A stretch of DNA of 63,946 bases, the filler included, from Rhizaria sp. SCN 62-66 (taxonomy: Eukaryota), in NCBI GenBank assembly GCA_001724265.1. It is 4 parts of 4 records of this genome, joined end to end, with 100 filler letters (N's around TTAATTAATTAA, not from the genome) between each part and the next. Parts side by side here need not be neighbours in the genome. Positions count along the whole stretch, not along the records: positions 1 to 17,112 come from MEDY01000485.1; 3 more parts are not named here. One strand, given 5' to 3'. A program made the position numbers and the translations under genes. Below are positions 1-17,212 of the stretch, in pieces (within the stretch, counting starts at the first letter, position 1; each line of letters starts with the position of its first letter). The notes under the pieces are model-generated. The model searched no databases, was not told the DNA's origin, and was given only the letters and a program-made list of their open reading frames with translations.

Positions 1-69
1 GATGGACTATTTCGCTCGTAGTGAAATAGAAAAGTGCGCACCAAGGCGCGAAAATCGCGGAAAACACGT

Positions 70-97
70 TTTTTCATAAACCTCTACATCAGGGGTA
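70..97 (+). repeat. Dispersed repeat copy 1, possible DNA-transposon/MITE end
   Basis: TTTTTCATAAACCTCTACATCAGGGGTA, identical to 56035-56062. Confidence 0.6.
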
Positions 98-200
98 TAT
101 AATACTAAGCCTTAATGTTATTTATCCTAACTCAGATATATCGATCGCACAATCTACCTGGCCATCATCATACTTGGATCATCTGTCTTAAGAGAGCACT

Positions 201-1490
201 TCAGACGGCAGTGGCGGCCTTGGCCTCCGCGCACTGGTCCTCGTCGTCCTCGAGCGCGTAATCCTGTGCGTCGTAGAGCTGCGCGACGAGGCGGTACACG
301 TAGCTGGGCTGATACGCACTCATGGTCTCGTCGAGGTTGGAGATGAGCAGCGAGACTTGCTGCGGCGACACGTAGTCGTGCGTGGGGTTCACCACGTCGA
401 CAAAGCCCTCGCACGCGTCACCGAAAGACGCCGCGCGCGCGGGTGGCAGCGGCTCGGAGAAGGTCTCCTGCTCAAACGCGAAGAGCGGCGACAGCTTGTA
501 GAGCCCGGCCAGCGCGACGACGGGCACAGAGTAGCTGTGGGCCGCGAGTGCGACGTTGGCGGCGCCGGCGCGGGCGAGCACGCCGCCGTCGGCCAGCACT
601 GCGTGCGCGTCGATGACGGCCTTGGAGACCGAGGGCATGACTGCGAACACGGCGGCGTCCTGGATCACGGTCACGCGCAAGCCGTACTGCGCCAGCTCCG
701 TCGCGAGCTTGTGGCCCGAGAGCGAGGGCGCCGTCTCGGCCACGAAGACCTCAAACGCGCGGTCGTCCGCGGCCTTGCGGAGGAAGCGCACGAGCGTGGG
801 CGAGTAGCCGAAGGTCAGGATAACCTCGTTGGCGTAGACGTGCTTGGGCGCCTCGGCCGCGATGGACGCGTCGTTGAGGTCGTCGCGGAGCTCGACCAGC
901 GAGGCCGAAATGTCGGCGACGAGTGGGAGCGCGGGCAGCGCGGCCCAGGAGCCGTCGTCGACGGTGCCGGCAAAGCCGAAGAGGCCCGAGAGCGATGACG
1001 AGTGCGCCGCGTCGTTAGTGGCCGCGGACGACGCCGCGACCACGGGGGTCAGTCTCAGGCGGGGCGCGGCGGGCGACGGGGAATCACCGTCCGCGGCCGC
1101 GGAGGCAGCACCGGTGCCGCTGCTGCTAGCGCGGGCGCGGATGACGTGCGCCTTGGCCTCGCGGCGGACGATGGCGAGCGTACGGCGCACCATGTTGCCG
1201 ACGGTGATCTCGGCAGGGCGCGCCTGAGTGAGCACGCTGCCCAGGCGGCGCAAGAAGCGCAGCAGCGCGCTCACGGTGAGGTCTGCCGGCAGTGACTTGC
1301 CGATGCAGCGGTCGAGCACGTCGAGGGTGAGCTCGGCCCACTGGCGCGGCTCGCGCGCGTCGCGGCGCTTGAGCGAAGAGAGCAGGTCGGCGAAGCGGGG
1401 GTCCACCTCGGCGGCCAGCCACGCCGCGGCGCTGGGGGCCACGTCGCGCCATGTGGACGGGGAGTAGGGAAGCTCGGAGCAGCCGGACAT
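201..1490 (-). CDS. EIF2B2: Translation initiation factor eIF2B subunit beta
   Basis: Intronless 429-aa ORF with IF-2B family motifs EITVGNMVRR, NEVILTFGYS, FEVFVAETAP, DAAVFAVM, YKLSP and PSYVYRL; ends in TGA. Confidence 0.9.
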   Translation of the reverse strand: MSGCSELPYSPSTWRDVAPSAAAWLAAEVDPRFADLLSSLKRRDAREPRQWAELTLDVLDRCIGKSLPADLTVSALLRFLRRLGSVLTQARPAEITVGNMVRRTLAIVRREAKAHVIRARASSSGTGAASAAADGDSPSPAAPRLRLTPVVAASSAATNDAAHSSSLSGLFGFAGTVDDGSWAALPALPLVADISASLVELRDDLNDASIAAEAPKHVYANEVILTFGYSPTLVRFLRKAADDRAFEVFVAETAPSLSGHKLATELAQYGLRVTVIQDAAVFAVMPSVSKAVIDAHAVLADGGVLARAGAANVALAAHSYSVPVVALAGLYKLSPLFAFEQETFSEPLPPARAASFGDACEGFVDVVNPTHDYVSPQQVSLLISNLDETMSAYQPSYVYRLVAQLYDAQDYALEDDEDQCAEAKAATAV

Positions 1491-2013
1491 CAGGGCGAGT
1501 GGAGCGGAACCTCAAGGTGGGACGCAAGGGCGACGGAACGAGCTGAAGACCTGTCGGGGCGGGAGGGTTGGCGCGCGGGACGCGGGGCTAAACACAGGGG
1601 CAATGCGTCGGGTAGTTGTCAGTTTAAGCAAAAATCAATATTGCCAAGAGAAACTTGTACTATTTTATCACTAAGACAAAAGGATCATACTGTTATGTTA
1701 CGAAAGAATGGGGCAGGGTATGTCTTGCTAACACAGGTCGAGCTCGCAGTTGTGGGAATGCGGATGTTCGCAAAAAAAATGTCCAGTCCGACTCGCGACC
1801 GTCGACCCAAATTCAGCCAACTTTGAGCAGCAGGATCTCTTAAGTCTCATCATTGTATAAGACTTTTTCTTGTGTTTATGTGCTAAAATACTACTCTAAT
1901 ATACTATATCTCAATTAAACGTCTCCCAGTCTCAACTGTCGCTCACAACCCACACTCTGGTACATCCTATCTTGCACACCTTGCTCGTCAGTCCGCCCGC
2001 GCGCTCTATCGTG

Positions 2014-8574
<6,561 letters not shown>

Positions 8575-8870
8575 GCGACGCAGTGTTACAGCTGTCGACT
8601 TAGCTCCTTTATTTTATTGTTTTTGAACTGATTAAATTTTCCTCGATCTTGCAATACATAGTGTCCTTCTCATCACAATCCTGAATATCTTAATACGACA
8701 AGGATATATTGTTTGATTTGACATAAATAAGTAACGATGTATTATTAGCTCACAGCAAACAAACAGGCACCAATATAAGTTCAACTAAGTAACCTTTGAA
8801 CACGACATCGCATAACGCACAGTCGGTCGTGTTGTGTTATTTTTCGTCATATGCGCAGTTCCGGCCGCGC

Positions 8871-10178
8871 TCAGTGCTGTGGCGCCCATAGCACAACTTC
8901 GTCCAGGTCCGCGGACGCGAGTTGTGCCCTGCGCGGGTTCCAAGCCACCGCGCCCGCGGCCGTCTGCTTCGCGTGCAGTAGACTCGCGCCCTCGATCAGC
9001 TTGCCCGTAGTGATGTCCCAGCTGCACACCGTCCCGTTGGCGAGACCGGCGCTCACGACGCGCCCGCCCGGCGCCAAAGACGCGCGCAGCGCGGGGCCCG
9101 TCCGCGCGCGCGCGCCGTGGCCCGCGGCGCCCGCGGCGTTCGCGGCGGCAGCAGAGGCGGCAGCAGAGGCGGCCGCGGCGAGGGTCTCGGCCGCGTCGGC
9201 CGGGAGGGACACGCCGAGCGCCTCGAGCTGCGCGGCGGAGCGCGGGGCCGCGGCGAGCAAGACGGAGATGTCGCACGTGGCGCGGCCGTCGAACGAGTCC
9301 AGAACGACTATCCGCCCCGTCGCGCCCGGATTCGCTCCGTTGGCGTCAGTGATACCGGCGGCGGCAGCAGAGGCGGCGGCGGGGGCCGCAGTGGCGGCGG
9401 CGGAGCCGAAGCCGAGCCCCGCGGCGGGTGCGTGCGCGCCCGCGATGACGAGCGAGGCCCCGTCGGGCGTGAACGTGAGTGACTGTGGCGTGATGACGGC
9501 GCCGGGAAGGAAGAAGGAGCCGAAGGGTCCGCCTTCGCACTGGCGGCGGTCGAACAGCTTGACGCAGTTGTTGTCTGTGGCGACGGCGAGTACCAGCCCG
9601 GCCGGGTCGACCACGGCCAGCGAGGGCGCGGGCGCGCGGATCACGCCCTGGCAGCGGTCCGCACGGAGGTCCCACGTCCGCAGCGTCGCGTCCAGAGAGG
9701 AGCTCAAGAAGGTGTCGTCGGTGGGGCACATGGAGAGGGCGGTGACGGCGTCCGAGTGGCCGCGGAAGTACCGCAGGTCGCGGTTGTCGTGCAGAGACAG
9801 GTAGCGGATCATGTGGTCGTCCGCGGCCGAGGACGCGGCAGAGGCGGGCGCACCGAAGCCGCCGGAGGGGGCGGGCGCGACTGTGGACGGCGCAGCGGAA
9901 GCGAGGATCGCGGACGGGTGGTGGGTGAAGGCGACGACGCCAACGCCGGACTTCTTGACGTGCACAGTTTTTACAAGAGAGCCAGAGACTGCGTTAAAGA
10001 GGCTGATGGAGCCATTCTGTGCCGCAGAGACGAGAAATGTGCCGTCTTGGTGAAACGACAGTGATGTGACTGGCGGCATTGGGAAGGAACGGCGGCACTT
10101 GAAGGTCTGAAGCATAGCGTCAGTCAGCTCCATCGGCGCCGCTGAAGGCAACGCCAATGGCAGCGATGCCTGCATCAT
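8871..10178 (-). CDS. WDR82: WD40 protein WDR82/Swd2 (COMPASS / cleavage-polyadenylation subunit)
   Basis: Motifs DDHMIRYLSLHDNRDLRYFRGHSDAVTALSMCPTDDTFLSSSLDATLRTWDLR and GPFGSF; ends in TGA. Confidence 0.9.
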   Translation of the reverse strand: MMQASLPLALPSAAPMELTDAMLQTFKCRRSFPMPPVTSLSFHQDGTFLVSAAQNGSISLFNAVSGSLVKTVHVKKSGVGVVAFTHHPSAILASAAPSTVAPAPSGGFGAPASAASSAADDHMIRYLSLHDNRDLRYFRGHSDAVTALSMCPTDDTFLSSSLDATLRTWDLRADRCQGVIRAPAPSLAVVDPAGLVLAVATDNNCVKLFDRRQCEGGPFGSFFLPGAVITPQSLTFTPDGASLVIAGAHAPAAGLGFGSAAATAAPAAASAAAAGITDANGANPGATGRIVVLDSFDGRATCDISVLLAAAPRSAAQLEALGVSLPADAAETLAAAASAAASAAAANAAGAAGHGARARTGPALRASLAPGGRVVSAGLANGTVCSWDITTGKLIEGASLLHAKQTAAGAVAWNPRRAQLASADLDEVVLWAPQH

Positions 10179-10902
10179 AGAAATTGTGTCAAGAGAGCCA
10201 AAGAGGCAACGGTAGACTCGGCAAGAACGACTTCGATGCTCAGTGCGACAACCTCAGCTGCAGTGATAGCGGGCTGGAGCAGAGACAATGAAGTTGAATA
10301 ATCACAATTAAAAGGGGGTACAGGAAATTAGACGATAGTCAGTCACACTAAGGCTCAACTTTATTCGACAACCGGATTCTTCACAAAACGTTGATCAAAC
10401 TCTGCGCTTTTCGTCGTCTGCGGCTCGGCTGGGCCGTGGCTGGCCCGGAAGACGCATGCTCAGCCTGTGGCGAAAACCTATATCATGCCTTAGAACGAGC
10501 GTGTAATGGCGAATCAGTGGTGTTATTCTTTTATAGAATCTGTGTTCTTTACTCTCTGTTTTCCGCATATCTGGACACTTGCATGGTCATGCGCTAGCCT
10601 TCAAAGACACTCTCGGACAACACACCTGCCACTAATAGGGCAAACCTAGCTCTTTGACCACCTGCACGCTCGCTACAGAAACGAAATGTCAATGTCATTG
10701 TATTACCGAAACTGTATTTATTTTTTAAAATGTGTTTGCTTTGTTTTTGTGCCGCTCATCCTCATTTTTGTCCTATAATCTCACCACGTCGCTTCCCAAC
10801 CCCAACTCATCCTTGATTCTCCCCACCTCCTCCGCTCCTCCGCGCACTCCTCCTTGTCTCTCTCTCTGCCTCATCTTCCTGTTTTCCCTTAGACCTGTCT
10901 CC

Positions 10903-11202
10903 ATGCTGCGCGCCCTGGCCAACGTTGAGAAGCGTATGACCGTCAACAAGCTCCGTGCCTTCGGCCTCTTTGCCGAGGACATCATCATCAGCAACGACAC
11001 CGTCGCTAAGGCCGTTAACATGCTTCCCCCCGACGTCCAGAAGGACCGCGTGCGCCGCCTCGTTCGCGCGCACGACCTCTCGTTCAAGCACGAGGAGGTC
11101 CCCAAGCACCTCCAGGACTACGACCCCTACACTTCGTACGGCCTCGCTGACCTCATGAAGAAGATTGAGTCCGAGACCAACGAGCGCCTCGCCTACAAGT
11201 AA
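10903..11202 (+). CDS. QCR7: Cytochrome bc1 complex subunit 7 (QCR7/UQCRB)
   Basis: 99-aa ORF from ATG 10903 with LRAFGLFAEDII..V.KAV..LP....DR.RRL.RA.DLSFKHEEVP and a terminal NER; ends in TAA. An upstream pyrimidine tract plus AG suggests a 5' intron. Confidence 0.85.
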   Translation: MLRALANVEKRMTVNKLRAFGLFAEDIIISNDTVAKAVNMLPPDVQKDRVRRLVRAHDLSFKHEEVPKHLQDYDPYTSYGLADLMKKIESETNERLAYK

Positions 11203-11758
11203 GCGACTCGCCGTACTCCAAGAAAGCGTGCTGCCTTTTCGTGAGCAAGCAAACAAGCGTATTGTGTGCGGGCAAGCGATGAAGCGATGGGCAAGGAAAC
11301 AAACTGCAAAACGCTGCAAAAACAAACCCCAACTGAGCAAACACGACGATGCACTCGCGCTCTCACTTGTCTCGAACTCGTGAGCATGAGTGCAGTGCGG
11401 TGCAGTGCAGTGCAAGTAATGCGCGACATAGAGTTGTGTGTTCTTGTGCTTATCTCTATTGTCGACTCTGTTCAGTATTTATAGTATCAATCCTCTCAAC
11501 AGTCATCAGTTGCTTTGGCTGAGTGACACGAAAATCGGGAGGTATTTAAATACACTGATTTCTTTTAGATTACATCAAAACGACATGTTTGTGTTAGTAT
11601 CAATAAGGTTAAACTATGTATTGTGAAATCATGTCTGATTAACTTATTTGGGCGGAGTACAAGGCCCAAGCAAAAGGGAAGCTTGTGTGATGCGACTCCG
11701 TCTAGCAAGCTACCGGTTTGTGGTCGCAATACGCGACGCTTGCCCGCGCTCAGATTGC

Positions 11759-12630
11759 TCATTCAGAGTCAGAGTCGGAGCCATACGCAGCAAACATAGA
11801 CGACATACCGGCAGGCGCCGCAGCAGCAGGCACAGCAGCTGGAACAGCAGCAGCGCTCGCATTGGTGTTGTTGGCAGCCGCAGTCGCGGCAGCCGCAGTC
11901 GGAACAGGCGCGGTCGCGCTGGCACTGCTGTCAGGCTTGGTCCGCCTGACCACCGCGGCGACCGCAACGCGCCGCACCGCACCGCCGCTGCCGCTGCCGC
12001 TCGCACTGGAGGAGGCGCTAAGAGACGCGCCCGGTGCAGAGGAGCCTGCCGCGCTGAGGTCGTTTTGCGACAAGGAGCCCGCCACACCGGCCCAGGCGGG
12101 GCGGGACGCCGTGCTCACGGTCACTGGCGCAGACACAGGCGCAGGCGCAGCGTCCACAGCAGTCACAGCCGTAGGTCCAGTCGCGGTTGCAGTCTCGGTC
12201 ATGTTGCCGGTCACTTGCGAAACAGTATCTGCGGTCTTTGCTGATGACGCTGTTGACGCAGGAGCAGGGGTGGGAGCAGGGAGCTGGTGCTGATTGCCAA
12301 GAGCAGAGCTGTCGTTGTCGTCATCGCTGAAATCGGCGCCAAACCCCTCATCGTCGTCGTCGCTGTAGGTGATCGTGATACCGGGCTCCGCACTGGCCTT
12401 GGACTTGGACTTGGCTTTGTTGCTGTTGCTCTTGTCCTTCCTCGCCAGTGAAGCGGCCACCGCGTCCTCGAGCGCTGTGTCGAGCGCCTCCGCGTTCAGC
12501 TTCTTATTCCACAGGCCCCAGCCATCGTCGTCTCCGGCAGCGAGACCAACACTGCCAGAGGTCCCGCCGAAGAAGCGCTCGGCCTCCGCCTCGTCAGCGG
12601 CCTCCATCTCGGCCATCTCCCGCTTGCGGC

Positions 12631-12662
<32 letters not shown>

Positions 12663-13192
12663 GCGTACCGCTTGCCGCCGTCCAGGAACTGCGTGGGGTC
12701 CCTGTGGGCGAGCGCGGTGTTGCGCTCCTGCAGCTGCTCTAGCTCGTCGATCTGCTCCATCTCGCGCCGCGACTCGGCAGCGCGCGACTCGAGCCGGTGC
12801 ATCGCGTCGCTGTCCTCGGCCGCGCTGCGCTGCGCCTTCATCGCCGCGAGCGTCTGCGCGCGCACGCGGCTCGCCTCGAAGTTGCGCGTCGCGCCGCGCT
12901 CCAGCGTGTAGTTAGAATTCTGCGGGTCCGTCTTGAACGCGATCTCCGCCTTGCAGTTGGGACACTTGAGCAGAATGCGCCAGATTTTGATCCCTAAATA
13001 GCGCTCTTGGGAGTCTTCTTTGCGACCGTTGAATTTTTTGCCGCGTGAGGAGAATGCGCCGCAGGTGTTACACTGGAGGGAGAAAGGCAGCATACCGTTG
13101 ACGGGGGCGCGGTCGACCTTGGTGCGCTTCGCGAGCTGCGAAGGGTCGAAGTCGACCGGGTAGTAGAAGTTCTGCACTTTACGCTCACCCAT
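11759..13192 (-). CDS. YJU2: Splicing factor YJU2/CCDC94 (CWC16 family)
   Basis: N-terminus MGERKVQNFYYPVDFDPS, CxxC pairs (CNTC, CPNC), GKKFN, YLGIKIWR, FKTDPQNSNY and GATRNFE; ends in TGA. Confidence 0.93.
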
Positions 13193-13989
13193 CTTGCTGA
13201 AATTTGTAAGCGCGCAACTGTCTGTGGAAGGGGCTCAGTGGGCAGGGGAGCAAACAATGGTTGGTGCGAGAGGTCTAAAGAAGGGAGAGCTGCAGAGGGA
13301 AGAAAAATATGCACTGTGATGTTAGATTTAAGGATCTATACGTATAAGTGAAAAATTATACTTTGAGTGTAATTTTGAATCTCAAATAGCGAATGAATTG
13401 CCTGTTAACGGTCAAGGCATCGTATATGACTCCAACTTTTTAACGCTATCGAACGGCTGGACCGAGCCAAACTGCTGCAGCAACCACACACCTCGAATGT
13501 CATTCGCACGTCATAGATGACAATTCCAGAAGCAATTAGTAGTATTAGTTTGTTTTGAAACATATCTTTATTGTAATTGATAGACACAGTATCGTAGAGC
13601 ACAGCAGACGAGGACAAACAAACAAGTCCCCAACAGCAGCACAAGTGACACAACGAACATGAGACTGACGGACAGCATTGATAGCCATCACCGTAAACCG
13701 TGTTTCGCCTTGATGCCCCCTTGCCGCAGCCATTGGTCGCTCATCGTCATCCCCCATCATGCGTTCATCATACATCATTTAAACATCCGTATCATCTTCT
13801 AAAACAAGGTTTGGGTTCTCAACAAAGCCGCACACACACTTAGTGTATCCAACTCTGCTCGCTCAGCGCACTCTCATCCTCTTTTCCCACCAACAAACAT
13901 TACACACAGACACACAGCGTGCCACATAACACACTCGTTAGTGTCCATCCACCAACCTACTCAATCCTCCGACTCAACGTCTGATCGAC

Positions 13990-16900
13990 TTAGTTCTGGT
14001 CCAGAGCGCGGGCGATCTGGGAGAAGACGTCGTGGTCGACGGTGTTGGAACCCGCGGCGACACGGGCGCCGGAGACGCGGTACGCGGGGGCGTCGGCGGC
14101 ACGGAAGCGGGGCGTCACGGGGAGGTGGTCCACGGGGGTCTCGGCGGCCATCTCGCGGGCATCCTCGGCGAGGGCGCCGGCAGCGAGGTTGTTGATCTCG
14201 TTGGTCATGGCCTCGGCGTCGTCCATGTCGACCTCCTCGGTGAAGCTGAGCTCGGCGTCGGCCTCGGTGAGCGCGAGGTCGTACTCGTCGACGTCGACGT
14301 CGGCATCAGCCTCGGCCTCAGTCTCAGTCTCGGCCTCGGCCTCGAGGTCGAGGAAGGACTTGAGCTCGGGGCTCATCTCGGTGTCGACCTCAGAGCTCAC
14401 CTCCATCAGCGCGGCGGCGGGCTTGTTGGCGGCGACGTACTTGGCGCACGCGGGGGCCGCGAGGGCCTGCGCAGCCTGCTTGCACGACAGGGCGACAGCA
14501 GCCGACTGCGTGGCCGTGGACGCGCACGACTTTTGCTGGAACAGGTCCGCGGTGCGGCACGCGACGAGCACGGCCTCCTCCTTCGCCTTGGCCTCGGCGG
14601 CGGCCTTGGCCTCGGCGGCGGCCTTGGAGGCGATGGTCTTGTCGTCGGCCGCCTCCTTGGATGCCTTGAGCGCGGCGGCGTCCTCCTCAGCCTTCTTGGC
14701 GGCGGCGGCCTTGACGGCAGCAGCGGCCTCCTCGGCCTTGCGGATCTCGGCGCGGAGCGCCTCCTGCTTGGCAGCCTCATTCGAGCGCGAGTCAGCGATG
14801 GACTTCTGCGCCTCGGCGAGCTTGGCGAGGGTCTCGGCGTTGGAAGCCTTGAGCGTGTCGACGAGCTTCTCGAGTGACGCGACCTGGGTGGTCACCTGGG
14901 CGAGCTCGGCGGCCTGGGCGGCGGCCTTCGCGGCAGCCTCCTTCTTCTCAGCGGCAGCCTTGTCGGCCGTCTCCTTGGCAGCCTTGGCAGCAGCCTCGGC
15001 CTTAACCTTGGCGGCGTCGGCAGTCTTCTTGTCAGCCTCAGCCTTAGCCTTGGCAGCCTCGGCAGCCTTCTTGTCGTCCTCGGCCTTCTTGGTGGCCTCA
15101 GCAGCCTTCTTGGCCTCCTCGGCGCTCTTGGCAGCCTCGGCGGTCACGGCGGCGGTAGCCTTGGCCACGGCGTTGGTCACAGTAGCGTTGGCGACGGGAG
15201 CGGTGGAGTTGCCGGCTGAGACGGTGGCGTTGGCGGAGCGGTTGACAGCGACGGTGGCGTTGGCGACGGGCGCGGTCTGGTTCGCAGTCGCAGTGCCGTT
15301 GACGGGAGCGGTCTTGTTGGCGGCGGCGGTGGCGTTGGCGGCGGGGGCGGTCTTGTTGGCGGCGGCGGTGGCGTTGCCGACAGCGACGGTGGAGTTGGCG
15401 GTGGGCTTCGCAGCAGCAGAGACGTTCGCAGCAGCGGTGGCGTTGGCGGCGACGGTGCGGTTGGCGGCGGCGGTGGTGTTGGCGGCAGCAGCAGCAGCAG
15501 CAGCAGGAGCGGTCACGTTGGCGGCCGCGGTGGTGTTAGCGGCCGCGGTGGCGTTGGAGGTGACGGTGGCGTTGCCCTGCTCGAAGAACGCGGCGGGCGC
15601 AGCAGTGCTGGGGGCAGAAGCAGCGGGCTTGGCAGCGGGCTTGGCAGCGGGCTTGACAGCAGGCGCGAGGGGGGCGGGCTTCACGGCATCCTTGGCAGCC
15701 TCCTTGACGGTGGCGGCCTTGACGTCCTTGGTGTCGACGATGTTGCCGAGCGAGGCGCGGACGGCAGCCTTGGCGGCGGCGAGCTCGGGCGACTCGGGCG
15801 CGACGGACGCGACAGGCGCGGAGGCAGCGGCGGGGTTGGAGGCCTCGGAAACGGCGAGCTTGGAGATGGGCTCGTCGTCCTCGTCGTCGTCGGACGCGCG
15901 GCGCTTGGAGGAAGCACCGGACTTGAAGAACTTGTCGTGGGCGCGCTTGGCGAGGGCGCGGGCGACGCGGCGGCGCTCCTTGGCCGACGCGCGCGCGAGG
16001 CGGTTAAGGAACGACTGGACGCGGCCGGCGAGGTTGCGGACAGACTTGCCCGACGCGCGACGGTGCGCAGTGAGCTGGTCGCGGATGGTGGAGAGACGCT
16101 TGGCGAGGACGCGGACGACGGCGGGGTGGGGGTGGATGCGCGTGTGGACGGCGCCGACGTAGGGCGAGACGGGGTACGCGCCGATCTTGGCCCAGGCGAA
16201 GTTGACGCCGGTGGCGTCAGCGAGGGCGGAGGTCGCGGCGAGCGAGTTCAGGCGGCGCACGAAGTGCACCGACGCGTGGCGAGGGGTGGAGGGGAGCATG
16301 GTGGCGTAAATGTACTTGTTGCCAGCCTTGCCCTCGGTCTCAGCCTCGGACTCGGACTCGGACTCGGCCTCGGACTCGGCCTCGGTCTCAGACTCGGCCT
16401 CAGCCTCGGACTCGGCGGCGGCGGCGTTGTCCATCTCGGACTCGAGGAAAGAGAGCTTCTCGGCGAGCTCGCCCTGGCGGGACGCGTGCTCCTGGCCGAG
16501 CGCCTCGACGGCGTTGTCGAGCGCGCGCGTGGTACGGACGAACTTGAACGCGTTGGGGATGTCGTGCGCGGCCGCAGCGTCGTGGTGAGACTCGGACTCG
16601 GTCTCGGTCTCGGCGTCGGCGTCGGCCTCAGCCTCAATCTCGAGGTCGGCGTCGAGCGAGAGCTCGGAGTCGGCCTCAGTCTCAGCCTCGGCCTCGGCGT
16701 CGGCCTCGAGCTCGAACTCGGCCTCGGCGCCGGTCTCGATGAACGAGGCGGCGGACTCGAGGGCGAGCGCGAGGTCGATGTCCTTGCTCATCTGGTCGAC
16801 CTGGGAGAGGGACATGTCGTGGTGCGAGAGCTGGTCGTTGAGCAGCGACGCGGCGCCGAGGTTCAGGGTCGCCCAGGCGTCCTGCTGCTCAGCGCGGGCC

Positions 16901-17112
16901 TCGGTCTCGAGCAGGGAAGCCTGGACCGGGAAGGTGGGGGCCGCCACGGAGCCGGGGACGGCGGTGGGGGCGTTGGGGGCCGACATGGAGTAGAACGGCA
17001 GGGTGGTGGCCAGGGTGGGGGCGACCGTGGTGGGGTTGACCCACTCGGGCGAGGGCTTGAGGCCCTGCACGATGTCGGGGATGCGGCGGAGCTTCGCGAG
17101 CTCGGGCGCGGG
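13990..17112 (-). CDS. Acidic/Ala-rich, probably secreted glycoprotein; 5' end truncated by the contig edge
   Basis: More than 1,026 aa open, with strong GC3 codon bias, (EA/ES/ET)n tracts, a block of NxT sequons, an AEAAKK coiled coil and a Cys-containing segment; ends in TAA. No family recognised. Confidence 0.75.
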   Translation of the reverse strand, partial: PAPELAKLRRIPDIVQGLKPSPEWVNPTTVAPTLATTLPFYSMSAPNAPTAVPGSVAAPTFPVQASLLETEARAEQQDAWATLNLGAASLLNDQLSHHDMSLSQVDQMSKDIDLALALESAASFIETGAEAEFELEADAEAEAETEADSELSLDADLEIEAEADADAETETESESHHDAAAAHDIPNAFKFVRTTRALDNAVEALGQEHASRQGELAEKLSFLESEMDNAAAAESEAEAESETEAESEAESESESEAETEGKAGNKYIYATMLPSTPRHASVHFVRRLNSLAATSALADATGVNFAWAKIGAYPVSPYVGAVHTRIHPHPAVVRVLAKRLSTIRDQLTAHRRASGKSVRNLAGRVQSFLNRLARASAKERRRVARALAKRAHDKFFKSGASSKRRASDDDEDDEPISKLAVSEASNPAAASAPVASVAPESPELAAAKAAVRASLGNIVDTKDVKAATVKEAAKDAVKPAPLAPAVKPAAKPAAKPAASAPSTAAPAAFFEQGNATVTSNATAAANTTAAANVTAPAAAAAAAANTTAAANRTVAANATAAANVSAAAKPTANSTVAVGNATAAANKTAPAANATAAANKTAPVNGTATANQTAPVANATVAVNRSANATVSAGNSTAPVANATVTNAVAKATAAVTAEAAKSAEEAKKAAEATKKAEDDKKAAEAAKAKAEADKKTADAAKVKAEAAAKAAKETADKAAAEKKEAAAKAAAQAAELAQVTTQVASLEKLVDTLKASNAETLAKLAEAQKSIADSRSNEAAKQEALRAEIRKAEEAAAAVKAAAAKKAEEDAAALKASKEAADDKTIASKAAAEAKAAAEAKAKEEAVLVACRTADLFQQKSCASTATQSAAVALSCKQAAQALAAPACAKYVAANKPAAALMEVSSEVDTEMSPELKSFLDLEAEAETETEAEADADVDVDEYDLALTEADAELSFTEEVDMDDAEAMTNEINNLAAGALAEDAREMAAETPVDHLPVTPRFRAADAPAYRVSGARVAAGSNTVDHDVFSQIARALDQN

Positions 17113-17212
17113 NNNNNNNNNNNNNNNNNNNNNNNNNNNNNNNNNNNNNNNNNNNNTTAATTAATTAANNNNNNNNNNNNNNNNNNNNNNNNNNNNNNNN
17201 NNNNNNNNNNNN
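17113..17212. other. Artificial contig spacer
   Basis: 44 N + TTAATTAATTAA (stops in all six frames) + 44 N. Confidence 0.98.

Noticed and set aside
14032-17160. Long plus-strand ORFs (e.g. 706 aa) opposite the acidic/Ala-rich gene, and similar antisense ORFs over DPYS, PEX6 and the TmcB-like gene
   Set aside because: Shadow ORFs produced by high GC3 and low complexity; no recognisable motifs.
17157-17168. TTAATTAATTAA occurring three times inside N runs
   Set aside because: Artificial six-frame stop linker from contig concatenation. Gene adjacency across the spacers is not biological evidence.
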